Assembly (NCBI GenBank): GCA_034669905.1
Contig: JAXMOL010000036.1
Coordinates: forward strand, 19,457-83,456
DNA from: Candidatus Hydrogenedentota bacterium
GTDB lineage: Bacteria > Hydrogenedentota > Hydrogenedentia > Hydrogenedentales > JAEUWI01
DNA: 64,000 nt
Direction: 5' to 3'
In this document: piece after piece, positions 28,785 through 38,964 of the stretch
Layout of the letters: each line of letters starts with the position of its first letter
Numbering within the stretch: position 1 is the stretch's first letter
Program-made: the position numbers and the translations under genes
Notes under the pieces: model-generated
The model's input: only the letters and a program-made list of their open reading frames with translations
The model's database searches: none
Told to the model about the DNA's origin: nothing

Positions 28785-30221
28785 TTAAACACGCACCGCA
28801 CCATCGGCATCAATGACCAAATCATCGGCAACGGGCCACGTCTTCCCCGCACTCTTGGCCACGAACTCCTCTTTCGTCAGGGCAAACAAGGGACTGATTT
28901 CAATGGCAATAGCGCTCTTACCCTCGGCGTTTCTTGGAACTGGCGAACCCGCCGCGTCGAGCCAGGCCGCCCAATAGTTGGTCATACTTTCACGGGCGGC
29001 TGTTACGGAGTTATCCCCTTCAAATTGTTTGGTGGGGGTGTATTCTCCAGGTGGGTCGATTTCGAGTGCTACGGGGTCATGATTGGCCATGCGCAGCGAA
29101 TCAAACACGAAGGTCTCGAATTTGTAGCCGTTGGGATTTTCGGGAGAGACGGTCTTCCCCGACGTATCCAGGAACGGTATCTTTTTGTGGGCCAGGTGCC
29201 AGGGGAAGCTATCGAAGTTGTCATAGACGCGCTGCACAAAATCCACCGAAAAAATGTGGATTGCCGGATTGCCCGCGTAATACACCACGTTGCCATCGGC
29301 GTCCGTCTCAAGCAACTGGGGATAGATGTCCAACTCGCTATACTCGATAACGTGGTACACCCCATCGCAAAGACAATGAACGCCCACCGCTTCCCGCGGC
29401 TTGTGTTTGCGGTGGTTCTTCGACGAAATCTCTGCATTGGCCTGAATGTGATAGCCAATGAAATAGGGGTCTGCTACCTTTACCGCCCAGTTGTCGACCT
29501 GAAAAAAGCACAGGGTATCAACGCCCCGCTTCCGCGCATCCGACAGCACGTCGTGTTCGACCATGGCCTGAATACACCCGCCGTGTCCGTTGGGATTCAT
29601 GGCGAGGTGGTCTTTTTCTTCCAGCATGAACTTGCCGTCGTCATCCACGCAGGGCACCATGTGCTGCACGATAAAGTACACGTCTTCCGGCTTGAGGCCA
29701 AAGTAGTTGTTAGCAAGGAAAAAGGCTTCGGTGGCCGGACCGTTGGACTGGCTGACCATGATGTACCACGGCAACACGCAATCATAACGGCGCTGGAGAT
29801 TCAGAATTTTCTCCGCGTGGTATTGAAACAGCGTTTTCTTCGTGAGCCCGCCAATCGGATAGGACCCCTTGGGCCCATCAAAACCGAGTCGGGTACCCTG
29901 GCCACCGGCTACGAGGAAAAGGCCCACGCGCCCGGCACGAAGTGCCTCCTCCCCCACGGCCAGCGCGGCCTGGGCATCGGGACGGTCCGGGTCAACAACA
30001 GGAATCACGGGCACGGGCTCAATTTTCTTGAACGATTCCGCGACGGGAGTCTGCTTTACCCACGTTTCGACGAGTCGCTCCATAAGTGGAAAATCCACTT
30101 GGGCCAAATCTCCGAGGAGACGCTCTCTCCCGGCCGCGTCCAGTTCATCCCAGAAGCGGAAGACGTGTTCCTGCCCGAACTTGCTGGCGGTTTCACGAAG
30201 TGCTTGTTCATTGAGCTCCAT
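28785..30221 (-). CDS. UDP-N-acetylhexosamine pyrophosphorylase (UAP1-like, UDPGP family)
   Basis: AGGQGTRLGFDGPKG, PNGHGG, QVDN, EYSE, KFETFVFD. Confidence 0.9.
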   Translation of the reverse strand: MELNEQALRETASKFGQEHVFRFWDELDAAGRERLLGDLAQVDFPLMERLVETWVKQTPVAESFKKIEPVPVIPVVDPDRPDAQAALAVGEEALRAGRVGLFLVAGGQGTRLGFDGPKGSYPIGGLTKKTLFQYHAEKILNLQRRYDCVLPWYIMVSQSNGPATEAFFLANNYFGLKPEDVYFIVQHMVPCVDDDGKFMLEEKDHLAMNPNGHGGCIQAMVEHDVLSDARKRGVDTLCFFQVDNWAVKVADPYFIGYHIQANAEISSKNHRKHKPREAVGVHCLCDGVYHVIEYSELDIYPQLLETDADGNVVYYAGNPAIHIFSVDFVQRVYDNFDSFPWHLAHKKIPFLDTSGKTVSPENPNGYKFETFVFDSLRMANHDPVALEIDPPGEYTPTKQFEGDNSVTAARESMTNYWAAWLDAAGSPVPRNAEGKSAIAIEISPLFALTKEEFVAKSAGKTWPVADDLVIDADGAVRV

Positions 30222-30302
30222 ACGAATGCATACCCTTTCGTTCGTACTGCAATTCCAGTGTATTGACGATAAAACTAATGGGCCCCGTCCCACGACTGAA
30301 TT

Positions 30303-31508
30303 CTAGTGATTGTGCCCGTCGTGGTTTACCGCTGCTGCCGCCGCGGCGCCGGGCAGGTAGACCACCAGATCTTCGGTGTAGGTCTTTCCATTGACCTCCA
30401 ACATGACCGCTACGTTGCCACTGAAGGGGATTCCCCGCTGAAGCTTGCCATCGTAGGTTACGACGACTTTCACTTCGTTTTCTGATGGGCCAGGCGTCAC
30501 CACAACTCCCAACCGCTCCGAGCTCGGCGTCGTTTCTTTGACGACAAGCGGCGTGGCCGCACTAAAGCTAAACACGACCTCCGAGGTGGCGCCACCTTCC
30601 ACCCGTTTCAACTGTCCTCCCGGCGGGAAGGCCGGATCGACCGCGTAGGGTGCAATGACGGTGCCGGAGAAGCTCAAGCGCAACGGAAAACCACGCTTTG
30701 TATCGGCCACGAGCCGCGCATAGCGGGCGAAGGGCCCTACGGGCAGGTTGGGACCAAAGCTGAATACCAGGTCAAACTCCTGCTTGCCCGCGGCCTTCCA
30801 CTCCGACTCGGGCACGTCAACAATCTCTGCTTCGAGGCCGAGGTCCACGTTGTCTGGAAGCCCTAAGCGCAGCACCTCGAGTTGCTTGATGTCCACCTTC
30901 TCGTCAATCAGCTGGCGGAATCGGATGCGGTGCTCAAAAGCCTCGCCTTTCTGGATATCCCCCAACTCGATTTCCTCGGGGCCGACCTCATATTCCGGGT
31001 CTACGTCGGCGAAGACATCCACTTCGGTAAACATCTGTTCGGGGTCGCTGGACGTAATGGTCAAGACTTTGTGCGAATGAAAGCCCGGAATCCGACGGGG
31101 ATCGATAACGACGTCAATCCAGCTTTCCTGCCCTCCTTGGATGAGGGCATTTTCCGGCGTGATGGACCCCTGTGTGCAGGCACACGTGGTGTCGATCTTC
31201 GTAATCTTCAGGGGCATCTCGCCGTCGTTATACACTTTGAGTTGGCGGCGGGTGAAGTCGTCGTTTGCAATGACGCCCAACTCCATTTTCTGCGTTTCCA
31301 GCCGTATTTTGGCCACCTTATCCATCGATTCACCCTGGGGCGGCATGGTGGCCAAATCTTTTTCGCCGGGCTGTTTCTCCAGCGAAAGCTCGCTGAGAAA
31401 TTCATCGGTCGACTCAAACTCGGAATCACCGCACCCGGTCATCAGCCCACCCAAACACACCATGAGCATCCAACCCGTGACTACCTTCAGTACCTTGTGC
31501 TTCTGCAT
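30303..31508 (-). CDS. DUF1573-domain lipoprotein
   Basis: Lipobox MTGC; N.G..PL.I..IDTTCACT; His-rich tail NHDGHNH. Confidence 0.8.
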   Translation of the reverse strand: MQKHKVLKVVTGWMLMVCLGGLMTGCGDSEFESTDEFLSELSLEKQPGEKDLATMPPQGESMDKVAKIRLETQKMELGVIANDDFTRRQLKVYNDGEMPLKITKIDTTCACTQGSITPENALIQGGQESWIDVVIDPRRIPGFHSHKVLTITSSDPEQMFTEVDVFADVDPEYEVGPEEIELGDIQKGEAFEHRIRFRQLIDEKVDIKQLEVLRLGLPDNVDLGLEAEIVDVPESEWKAAGKQEFDLVFSFGPNLPVGPFARYARLVADTKRGFPLRLSFSGTVIAPYAVDPAFPPGGQLKRVEGGATSEVVFSFSAATPLVVKETTPSSERLGVVVTPGPSENEVKVVVTYDGKLQRGIPFSGNVAVMLEVNGKTYTEDLVVYLPGAAAAAAVNHDGHNH

Positions 31509-31511
31509 TGT

Positions 31512-32522
31512 TTACTCCGTCTTGAACCGTACGTCATACGCGGCTTCGGCAGCGACCAAGGAGTTGGAAAGCTGCGCGTACACCGTGTCGGTCACCGTAC
31601 ATTTCAGTTCCATGCCCAATAACAACGCACCTACAACGGGCTCATAGATGGGCATCACGAGACGCGCCCCCGGGCACTCCCGGTGAACCACGGTAGTCAG
31701 CGCATCCACGAGGACCGGGCTCCGGCCTTTGAACACGCTGCCCGCCATGACCACATCGAAGACGTCCCGCTCCATGCCCAATTGGCGAATGGCCGCATTG
31801 ACCATTTCACCCAGGTAACGGCCACCCCATTCGAGAATGTCGCAGGCAATGGAATCACCTTCCCACGCGGCATCAAAGACCAACTTGGCCATGGGCTGCA
31901 GGTCGCTGTAGGTTATCCTACCATAGTACATTTCGAGGAAAAGCGCCTCAATGTCAGCGCACCCCGATCGGGTCACAAATTTTTCGGTGAGCAGGGTGGG
32001 GCCGGTCACGCCATCACGGGCCCGCCATACGGCTTTCAGCCCGTGAATCCCGATGGAAGAGCCGCTGACCCGATCCCCATAGTCTTCACTGATGCCACCG
32101 ATGCGCACTTCCTTGCCGGCGCTGTTTACACCAGCGCAGACACACCCCGTTCCACAGGCAATCACCACACCGAAGGGGTCTCGGGTACCGCCACGCAGGC
32201 CCCCCATGGAATCATTGCGGAGCAACCGTGGAATATCTCCGAAGATGGGCCCGAAGATCTCCCGCTCCAGCATGTCGTAATCGTCGGGGATATCGGCACC
32301 GGCGACGCCCATACCGACGGCATCAATCTCTTCCAGCCGAATTCCGGCACTTTCGAGGGCCCCTTCCACAGCACGACGTATTTCCTGGTGGGCCGCTTCT
32401 ACCCCATAGCCCTCATAGTTTCCCGTGCCACCGCGACCAAAGCCCTTGATCTCACCGTTTCCATCTCCAATCAGACAGAACGTCTTGGTCCCACCTGCAT
32501 CCAGTCCCAGGTAGTAGGCCAT
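31512..32522 (-). CDS. BadF/BadG/BcrA/BcrD-type sugar kinase (GlcNAc/MurNAc kinase-like)
   Basis: LGLDAGGTKT, GVAGAD, ND, IACGTG, AGSVF. Confidence 0.88.
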   Translation of the reverse strand: MAYYLGLDAGGTKTFCLIGDGNGEIKGFGRGGTGNYEGYGVEAAHQEIRRAVEGALESAGIRLEEIDAVGMGVAGADIPDDYDMLEREIFGPIFGDIPRLLRNDSMGGLRGGTRDPFGVVIACGTGCVCAGVNSAGKEVRIGGISEDYGDRVSGSSIGIHGLKAVWRARDGVTGPTLLTEKFVTRSGCADIEALFLEMYYGRITYSDLQPMAKLVFDAAWEGDSIACDILEWGGRYLGEMVNAAIRQLGMERDVFDVVMAGSVFKGRSPVLVDALTTVVHRECPGARLVMPIYEPVVGALLLGMELKCTVTDTVYAQLSNSLVAAEAAYDVRFKTE

Positions 32523-32565
32523 GCATTCGTTCCTTTTCTTATTTGTATACGGCGCGCCGTATGCT

Positions 32566-32600
32566 AAAAGAAACGCGGGAACATACATTCCCGCGTTTCT
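32566..32600 (-). terminator. Rho-independent terminator of pal-cpoB-cpoB
   Basis: Perfect 13-bp stem AGAAACGCGGGAA/TTCCCGCGTTTCT with T-run on the minus strand. Confidence 0.8.
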
Positions 32601-32660
32601 GCCAATGGATTCGTGTCGGTGTCCACCCGAGGCGGATGGTTATCTGACGCCCCCGCGTGC

Positions 32661-33503
32661 TTAGTTTCCGCTCAGTTTGGCCAGATCGGCCTCGGCCTGG
32701 CGGGCCGCACTGGAGGTCGGATACTTGGCGATAACTTCGCGCAACAGGGCCTCGGCCTCGTCATTCCGTCCCAAACGGGAAAGTGCCACGGCCTGCGATT
32801 GCATGGCCTGAGATACCTTGGAATGATTGTCCGGGTAACCGGAGCGCACCTTGTCAAAGGCGCTGACCGCCTCATTGTACTGCTCCAGCCGGAGGTAACA
32901 CCGCCCCTGCCAGTACTGGGCGTTACCGGCCAGTTCCGTACCGGGGTAGCGGGCCAGAAAATCGCTGAACAGGGCCAGGGCCCCATCGTAATCGTCGTTC
33001 AACCAGACTTCCTGGGCTTTCCGATACACCGCTGCGGAATCATCGCTCGTAATGACGGGCGTCGCGATAGGCGTGTCTGTCACGTCTTCTTCCGGCTCGG
33101 TCGAAGCGGGCGGTTCGATGGCGATAGAATCCGTGCCCGTGCCCGTGCTTGCGGGTGCGGACACCGGAGAAAAACCGGACCCGGATGTGGTGAGATTGAA
33201 CTGCTGGTAGATCGTCGCCGTCAGTTCACCCAATTGCTCTTCGAGCGAATCGAGCTTGACCTGATTCTCTTCGACCATGCTCCGCAGTTTGCGGGTCTGT
33301 TCTTCACTCGCATCCACGCGGCTGACCAAATCGGAGGTCGTCTGATTCAGCTTCTTTATGGTGCCGTCGAGACTGTTATTAAGATTGGTCACCTTGCGGT
33401 GGGTATCGTAGAGCAGGGTCTCCACCTGGTTAGAAGCGGCGCTCACATCCAACGCGACGCTTGCGATGGCGAGTACGCCCGCACACCATGCGTTCCGTCC
33501 CAT
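32661..33503 (-). CDS. cpoB: Tol-Pal associated TPR protein CpoB/YbgF-like, paralog 2
   Basis: Signal peptide, coiled coil, TPRs (F..FLARYP, NAQYWQG, YPTSSAA). Confidence 0.8.
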   Translation of the reverse strand: MGRNAWCAGVLAIASVALDVSAASNQVETLLYDTHRKVTNLNNSLDGTIKKLNQTTSDLVSRVDASEEQTRKLRSMVEENQVKLDSLEEQLGELTATIYQQFNLTTSGSGFSPVSAPASTGTGTDSIAIEPPASTEPEEDVTDTPIATPVITSDDSAAVYRKAQEVWLNDDYDGALALFSDFLARYPGTELAGNAQYWQGRCYLRLEQYNEAVSAFDKVRSGYPDNHSKVSQAMQSQAVALSRLGRNDEAEALLREVIAKYPTSSAARQAEADLAKLSGN

Positions 33504-33567
33504 AACTAATGCTCCTTATTGTATTGTTCAGCCCAGGCCAATAACCCGGGTCAATTCAACGGCTGAT

Positions 33568-34401
33568 TTACTCGCGACCCCGCAACTGTTTCAAGTCACG
33601 CTCCGCATGCGACGCTGCGGTGGAGGTGGGATAGTTGGCCACGACCTCCTCCATCAGGGCAACCGCTTCGTCCCGTTCCCCCAATCGAAAATGACCCACC
33701 GCCTGGTTGTGCAGGGCAAAGGCCATGTAGCTGCTCTCGGGATAGTCCCGACGCAGCACTTCGAAGGCACGAATGGCGCGGGAATACTCGCTTTGGTTCA
33801 AGAGCGTTTTGCCGAGCCAGAACTGGGCCTTATGCCGCTGAGCCGAGCGGGGATAGTCTTCGAGAAAGGCAGAGAAGGCCGCTTCAGCAGCGGCATAGTC
33901 TTCCTGGTCGTACTGCGTTTTCGCCTGGTTGTAGGCGTCCTGATCGCCAGCCGAAGCCGAAGGAGCCACCACCGGTGGTGCGGCCGCCGCGGAATCTCCC
34001 CCCTCCGAATTGCTGCGGGTGGGCGGCACGATTTCAATTCCCGTGCCATTGGTGCTTCCACGTGCAGGACGTGCAGACTCCGATATCCCCCAGTGGCGAT
34101 ACAGGGTCGACTTCAGGTCGGCAAGCATCTTCAGCAGGTTGTCGATTTTGTGCTGATTCTCTTCAATGAGCGAAGTCAGCAAACGCATCTGGCGTTCGTT
34201 TTCATTCACCCGCTGAATGAGGGCGGCGGCGTTCTCGTTGAGCTCAGCCAACGACGGTTCAAGCCCCTCATCCAGCAGGGTAACCCGCTGGTGCATGTCC
34301 GTCACGACGGTTTCCATGTTGCGACCGCCTGTGCTGACACAGCCGGGCATCAAGGTCACCGCCCCGAGGGCGAGCAAGAGTATGGTGTATTGAATACGCA
34401 C
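33568..34401 (-). CDS. cpoB: Tol-Pal associated TPR protein CpoB/YbgF-like lipoprotein, paralog 1
   Basis: Lipobox-like MPGC, coiled coil, TPRs (AQFWLG, YPTSTAA); directly after pal. Confidence 0.82.
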   Translation of the reverse strand: MRIQYTILLLALGAVTLMPGCVSTGGRNMETVVTDMHQRVTLLDEGLEPSLAELNENAAALIQRVNENERQMRLLTSLIEENQHKIDNLLKMLADLKSTLYRHWGISESARPARGSTNGTGIEIVPPTRSNSEGGDSAAAAPPVVAPSASAGDQDAYNQAKTQYDQEDYAAAEAAFSAFLEDYPRSAQRHKAQFWLGKTLLNQSEYSRAIRAFEVLRRDYPESSYMAFALHNQAVGHFRLGERDEAVALMEEVVANYPTSTAASHAERDLKQLRGRE

Positions 34402-34421
34402 GCTAGAACCGCTTCCAACCG

Positions 34422-34982
34422 TTACATGGACCGGGCTTGGAGGAACTCACAACGACGGTTGCGTGACCAGGCAGCTTCGTTGCTGCCGATGGCTTCGGGC
34501 GCTTCTTCACCGAAGCTGATGGTAATCAGCCGGTCGCCGGAGACACCCAACTGACGCAGGTGTTCGCGCACGCTCTGGGCACGGCGTTCGCCGAGGGCAA
34601 GGTTGTATTCCTGCGTGCCGCGCTCATCACAGTGACCCGCCACCTGGATGATGACATTGGGCACTTCTTTGATGCGCTCCGCGTTTTCGCGCAGGATTTC
34701 GAGGGCGCGCGCGTTGAGCGAGGAGGAATCATAGTCGAAGTAGACCGTCTTCAGCCCCTTGTCAGGCGAAAAGAGCAACTGCTCCAGATTCAGGTCCTGG
34801 TTCATGCCGGGATCGCCATCGTCGGCTTCCACGTCCGAAGCATTGGCGCTATCGTCGGTCATCGTGTCGTCCAGGATGGGTCCCTTATCGCCCTTCTTGC
34901 AGCCTGCCATGCTGAAAGCAGCCAGGCCGAGGCAAAGAGAAAGAGTGAGGAGATAACGGAGAGTCGAGAATTGGGTTGGCAT
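34422..34982 (-). CDS. pal: Peptidoglycan-associated lipoprotein
   Basis: Lipobox MAGC; VYFDYDS, GHCDERGT.EYNLALGERRA, NRR. Confidence 0.95.
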   Translation of the reverse strand: MPTQFSTLRYLLTLSLCLGLAAFSMAGCKKGDKGPILDDTMTDDSANASDVEADDGDPGMNQDLNLEQLLFSPDKGLKTVYFDYDSSSLNARALEILRENAERIKEVPNVIIQVAGHCDERGTQEYNLALGERRAQSVREHLRQLGVSGDRLITISFGEEAPEAIGSNEAAWSRNRRCEFLQARSM

Positions 34983-35324
34983 AGTCAGTACCCTTGGTAT
35001 TTTGGTTAAATTACACGCACATCCACAAAATGGGTGGCCAGACGGAAGCCCGTTTTTTATTGCAGATTCATCCCGTTTTGGAGCAACCCAACGCCGCAAA
35101 CGCCGAAGCATTTTCCAGCGTGAGGCTATTCTACCTGCACACCCCTTCGGAACACAACACATATCGTGGAAATCCTTTCGGAGATTTCCAAAAACCTTCT
35201 ACTTCTCTAATGTCCGTTCGGTGCTAAAAGTTCCGAACCGGCCTGACCACCCGCCATTACCGCCTTTTTGGCGACCTCGGCACACACGGACATGGTGGAA
35301 GGCACCGAGTTTCCAGGAGTATTC

Positions 35325-36476
35325 CTAGACCCGCTCTATAATGGTCGCCGTGGCCATACCGTGCCCAATACACATGGTCTGGAGTCCGTAACGCTTTCCG
35401 GTCCGTTCCAATTCGTGCACCATTTTGGTCATGAGAACCCCACCCGTCGCGCCGAGGGGGTGCCCCGTGGCAATGGCCCCACCATTGGGGTTTACCTTAC
35501 TCATATCCGGCTGCAGCTCTTTCGCCCAGGCCAAGACCACACAGGCGAAGGCTTCGTTAATCTCGATCAAATCCATGTCGGCCAGGGTCAGTCCGGCTTT
35601 TTCGAGCACCTTCCGGGTGGCTGGGATTGGTCCGGTCAGGGTCAGGCGCGGGTCACTGCCCACGACGACCCGGGCGACGATTCGGGCTTTTTTCTTCAGG
35701 CCAAACTTCTTGACGGCCGCTTCGCTGGCCAACAGGACGGCCGCAGCGCCATCAGAGATCTGGCTCGCGTTGCCGGCCGTGATCCGACCATCTTCCTTAA
35801 AGATCGTCTTCAGGGTGCCCATCTTTTCCACATCGATACTCTTGCGGAAACCCTCATCCACATCAAGGACCCGGGTCTCGCCATCCACGGTGACGGTCAT
35901 TGGCATGATCTGACTCTTGAATGCGCCTGCTTCCGTCGCGGCAGCAGCACGACGGTGGCTCTGGGCCGAATACTCGTCCAGCTCGTGGCGGCTCAGGTCC
36001 CATTCGGTGGCAATGTCTTCCGCACAGATCCCCATGGGGCGCAGCGGAAACGGGAAGTCGGCAAGGAAGTCTTCGGTGAGCCCCCCCCAGTCGCTGCCCA
36101 TAGGCACCCGACTCATCATCTCAATACCGGAAGCAATCACCAGATCCATGTCCCCACTGGCAATGGCCTGGCTTCCAAAGTGGACCGCCTGTTGACTGGA
36201 GCCACACATGCGGTTGAGCTGTACGCCCGGCACTTCGACAGGAAATCCGGCTTTCAGAAGGGCAAGGCGGGCGATGTTGGCCCCCTGCTCGCCGATGGGC
36301 GATACACACCCCGCGATAATATCATCCACGTGGGCTTTGTCCACGCCCGCGCGCGTACAGAGTTCCTCCAGCACGCCCGCCAACAACGCGACGGGGTGAA
36401 TGGCATGAAGGCCCCCGTTTTCTTTGCCACGGGCCACGGGGGTACGTACGGCTTCCACGATATAAACGTCGGACAT
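35325..36476 (-). CDS. Thiolase (acetyl-CoA C-acyltransferase)
   Basis: NRMCGSS, NEAFA, GHPLGATG, CIGHG. Confidence 0.95.
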   Translation of the reverse strand: MSDVYIVEAVRTPVARGKENGGLHAIHPVALLAGVLEELCTRAGVDKAHVDDIIAGCVSPIGEQGANIARLALLKAGFPVEVPGVQLNRMCGSSQQAVHFGSQAIASGDMDLVIASGIEMMSRVPMGSDWGGLTEDFLADFPFPLRPMGICAEDIATEWDLSRHELDEYSAQSHRRAAAATEAGAFKSQIMPMTVTVDGETRVLDVDEGFRKSIDVEKMGTLKTIFKEDGRITAGNASQISDGAAAVLLASEAAVKKFGLKKKARIVARVVVGSDPRLTLTGPIPATRKVLEKAGLTLADMDLIEINEAFACVVLAWAKELQPDMSKVNPNGGAIATGHPLGATGGVLMTKMVHELERTGKRYGLQTMCIGHGMATATIIERV

Positions 36477-36603
36477 GATTGCTCTCCTTAGCTACGCACG
36501 GGGGTCGATTTCATTGACTTGGGGAACGTGGTGCTGCCCGCACCCGGTCCTAACGGTAAGTATAGACCAGTCCATTCCCCAATGCCACCCGACCGGCGCC
36601 GTC

Positions 36604-37398
36604 TCAGTGCTTCAGGGCGAGGGTTACCAGGTAGGCACAATGGTCCGACGCCACCGCATCCTGGCGCACTTCGGTCGCGATGACGCGCCATCGGGCGGCC
36701 GGAGCATACATGACATAGTCTATTTTTATCTTGGGATCGTCGGAAGGGAAGGTCGGCGGCGGGTTGTCGTCGTGGGCGGCGGTCCAGTGACGTCCCAGGA
36801 TCTCCAGCGTCGAACTGTCGGGCGTGGCGTTAAAGTCACCGGCGAGCAGGGAGGGCAGCTTCGTGTCCGCCACCGCAGCCCGAAGCGCTTCTGCCTGGGC
36901 GTCCCGCTCCGAGGCGGACCCCTGATCGAGGTGGGTGCCCACCAGCTGGATGGTCGGCCCTTCGGGAAGGGTCAAGGTTGCCGCGATGGCCGCCCGGGGC
37001 TCTTTGCCCTCGCTATGGGGCAAGGCAATGCGGCGGGTGGTATCGAAGGAAAAGCGGGACAGCAAGGCCAGTCCATATTCACCCCCATCATAGGCCATGG
37101 CCCTTGCGAAGACCGAAGTCATCCCCGTGCGCTGGCCCAACTCCGTCGCAAGATCGTAGCCCCTGGCGCGGCGGGTCTTGAAGTCCACTTCCTGTAAGGC
37201 CACCAGGTCGGGACTGGCATCCAGAATTACCTTTGCGACACGGTCCAGATCAAAGGTTCCTTCGGTCGTTTCACCGTGGAGGATGTTGAACGAGAGTATC
37301 TTGAGGGTCGTTTCTTTCATAGTCTCCGCCTGAATTCCGACGTTTATGCCCATAACGAGCCATATAACGATTACGAGGGTACGGTGTCTACATTTCAA
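36604..37398 (-). CDS. Secreted endonuclease/exonuclease/phosphatase family protein
   Basis: SFNI, LQEVD, THLD, GDFNA, IDY, SDH. Confidence 0.9.
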   Translation of the reverse strand: MKCRHRTLVIVIWLVMGINVGIQAETMKETTLKILSFNILHGETTEGTFDLDRVAKVILDASPDLVALQEVDFKTRRARGYDLATELGQRTGMTSVFARAMAYDGGEYGLALLSRFSFDTTRRIALPHSEGKEPRAAIAATLTLPEGPTIQLVGTHLDQGSASERDAQAEALRAAVADTKLPSLLAGDFNATPDSSTLEILGRHWTAAHDDNPPPTFPSDDPKIKIDYVMYAPAARWRVIATEVRQDAVASDHCAYLVTLALKH

Positions 37399-37422
37399 GA
37401 CGCCAATCCTTCCGCTGTGGGG

Positions 37423-37758
37423 TTACTCCGCCGTTTCTACCGTGTAGAGCCACCAGCGCCGTTGCACCTTCCCCCCCGATCGGGGGCGCCGCTCAACGTA
37501 GACGCGCATCACCAATGCTTCCGTCGTCTCAAAACGGTACCAGTGTTTTCGCACATACTGCTCACCGCTACCATGGGTACAGGGCCCGAGTCCTCTGCCG
37601 GAAGCGAGCAGCTTCAACACCGGATAGGTGTTGCCTCGCCACACAACCGCCTGGGGCACCAGCGGTTCCCCAGCGACATAGGGAGCGCCGTCCCCCGCTG
37701 CTTGGAACAGGGGTTTCACGTGCTCGCTGACCAGTCGTTCTCGGGTGGAAATTGCCAT
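37423..37758 (-). CDS. Small conserved hypothetical protein (DUF6504-like)
   Basis: GEP..P...VWRG, HGSGEQYVRKHWY, WWLY. Confidence 0.65.
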   Translation of the reverse strand: MAISTRERLVSEHVKPLFQAAGDGAPYVAGEPLVPQAVVWRGNTYPVLKLLASGRGLGPCTHGSGEQYVRKHWYRFETTEALVMRVYVERRPRSGGKVQRRWWLYTVETAE

Positions 37759-37906
37759 GGTGATTACCGGAAGGATAGATTCCAAACATCATTGTCATCG
37801 ATTGATTGGGCTGGCCACGGCCGCAAGAACACGCCCCAGAACCAACGAACTCCACTATAGCAGACGCACGCGTCGTGGCCCAAGCGGCCCGGACTACCGG
37901 CAAGTA

Positions 37907-38557
37907 TCACGCCCGGGCTTTTGCCACCAACTCACCGACTTGCTTGCAGCGCTCTGTAATGGCCTGCCAGTTTCCGGCCGCGAGGTCCTCTTTCTTGGCA
38001 ATCCACGTGCCGCCCACCGCAGCGACAACGTCCAGGGAAAGGAAGTCGGAAAGATTGTCGGCGGTCACCCCGCCGGTAGGCACAAAGCGCACCCCCGTAT
38101 GGGCATAGGGACCGGAAAGGGCCTTCAGCATGGCAGGTCCGCCCAGGGCGCCAGCGGGGAAAAATTTCAGCACGCGGCACCCCGCCGCCATGGCCCCTTC
38201 GATATCGCTGGGAGTCGCCACCCCTGGAACAAAGGGCAAACCCAGCGCTTGGGCCTGGGACACGATGGCGGGATTAAAGCCTGGCGCAAGGGCAAATTGA
38301 GCCCCGCAATCCCGGGCGGCGTGCAGGTTCTCGGCCGTCAACACGGTGCCGGCACCGAGAATCAGGGAGGGGCGTTCTGTCGCAAGCCGGGCGATCACGT
38401 CGGCTGCCGCGGCGGTGCGAAACGTGATCTCGGCAACCGGAAGCCCCCCTTCGAGTAGTGCGTCCGCAAGGGGCAAGGCATCCTCCACGGAATCAATGGC
38501 AATAACAGGAACTACACCGTATTGAGACAGGCGGTCCACGACGGATTCTTGAGACAT
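37907..38557 (-). CDS. eda: KDPG/KHG aldolase
   Basis: EITFRT, GAGTV, PGVATPS, LKFFPA, PTGGV. Confidence 0.95.
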   Translation of the reverse strand: MSQESVVDRLSQYGVVPVIAIDSVEDALPLADALLEGGLPVAEITFRTAAAADVIARLATERPSLILGAGTVLTAENLHAARDCGAQFALAPGFNPAIVSQAQALGLPFVPGVATPSDIEGAMAAGCRVLKFFPAGALGGPAMLKALSGPYAHTGVRFVPTGGVTADNLSDFLSLDVVAAVGGTWIAKKEDLAAGNWQAITERCKQVGELVAKARA

Positions 38558-38964
38558 GATGAGATTCTCCACCAACTTTAATGGGGGTACGAATTAAGGG
38601 ATTGGGTCAAAACGAAGGTTTAAAACATGTGTAGGGGTCAGGCGCCTGCGACTGCCGCGTTGGCCATCGTATTGCGGTGCCACGCGATGCCGGGCTGCGC
38701 GGGCTTTCCTGTGCATAGCGCCCGATTCGCGAGGGGCCAGGGCGGATGATTCCGTTCGGGCATCCGACGCAATACCATGGAGTATACCGGTCGGGAGAAC
38801 AGGTCGCAACGAAGAAACCCAGACCCATGAAAGGTTCACGTCTTAATGCACCTTGGCCCCAAGCCGCTGCGCCTTGCCCCACATCGCCGCGCCACTTGCC
38901 TGGCACGTTGCCCGATGTTAAGGTATCCCATTACGACACCCCAAACCGCTCGGAGAAGTCATCA

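Noticed and set aside
35027..35059. Hairpin upstream of pal as a riboswitch or attenuator
   Set aside because: Imperfect stem with no recognisable aptamer; most simply a terminator-like structure
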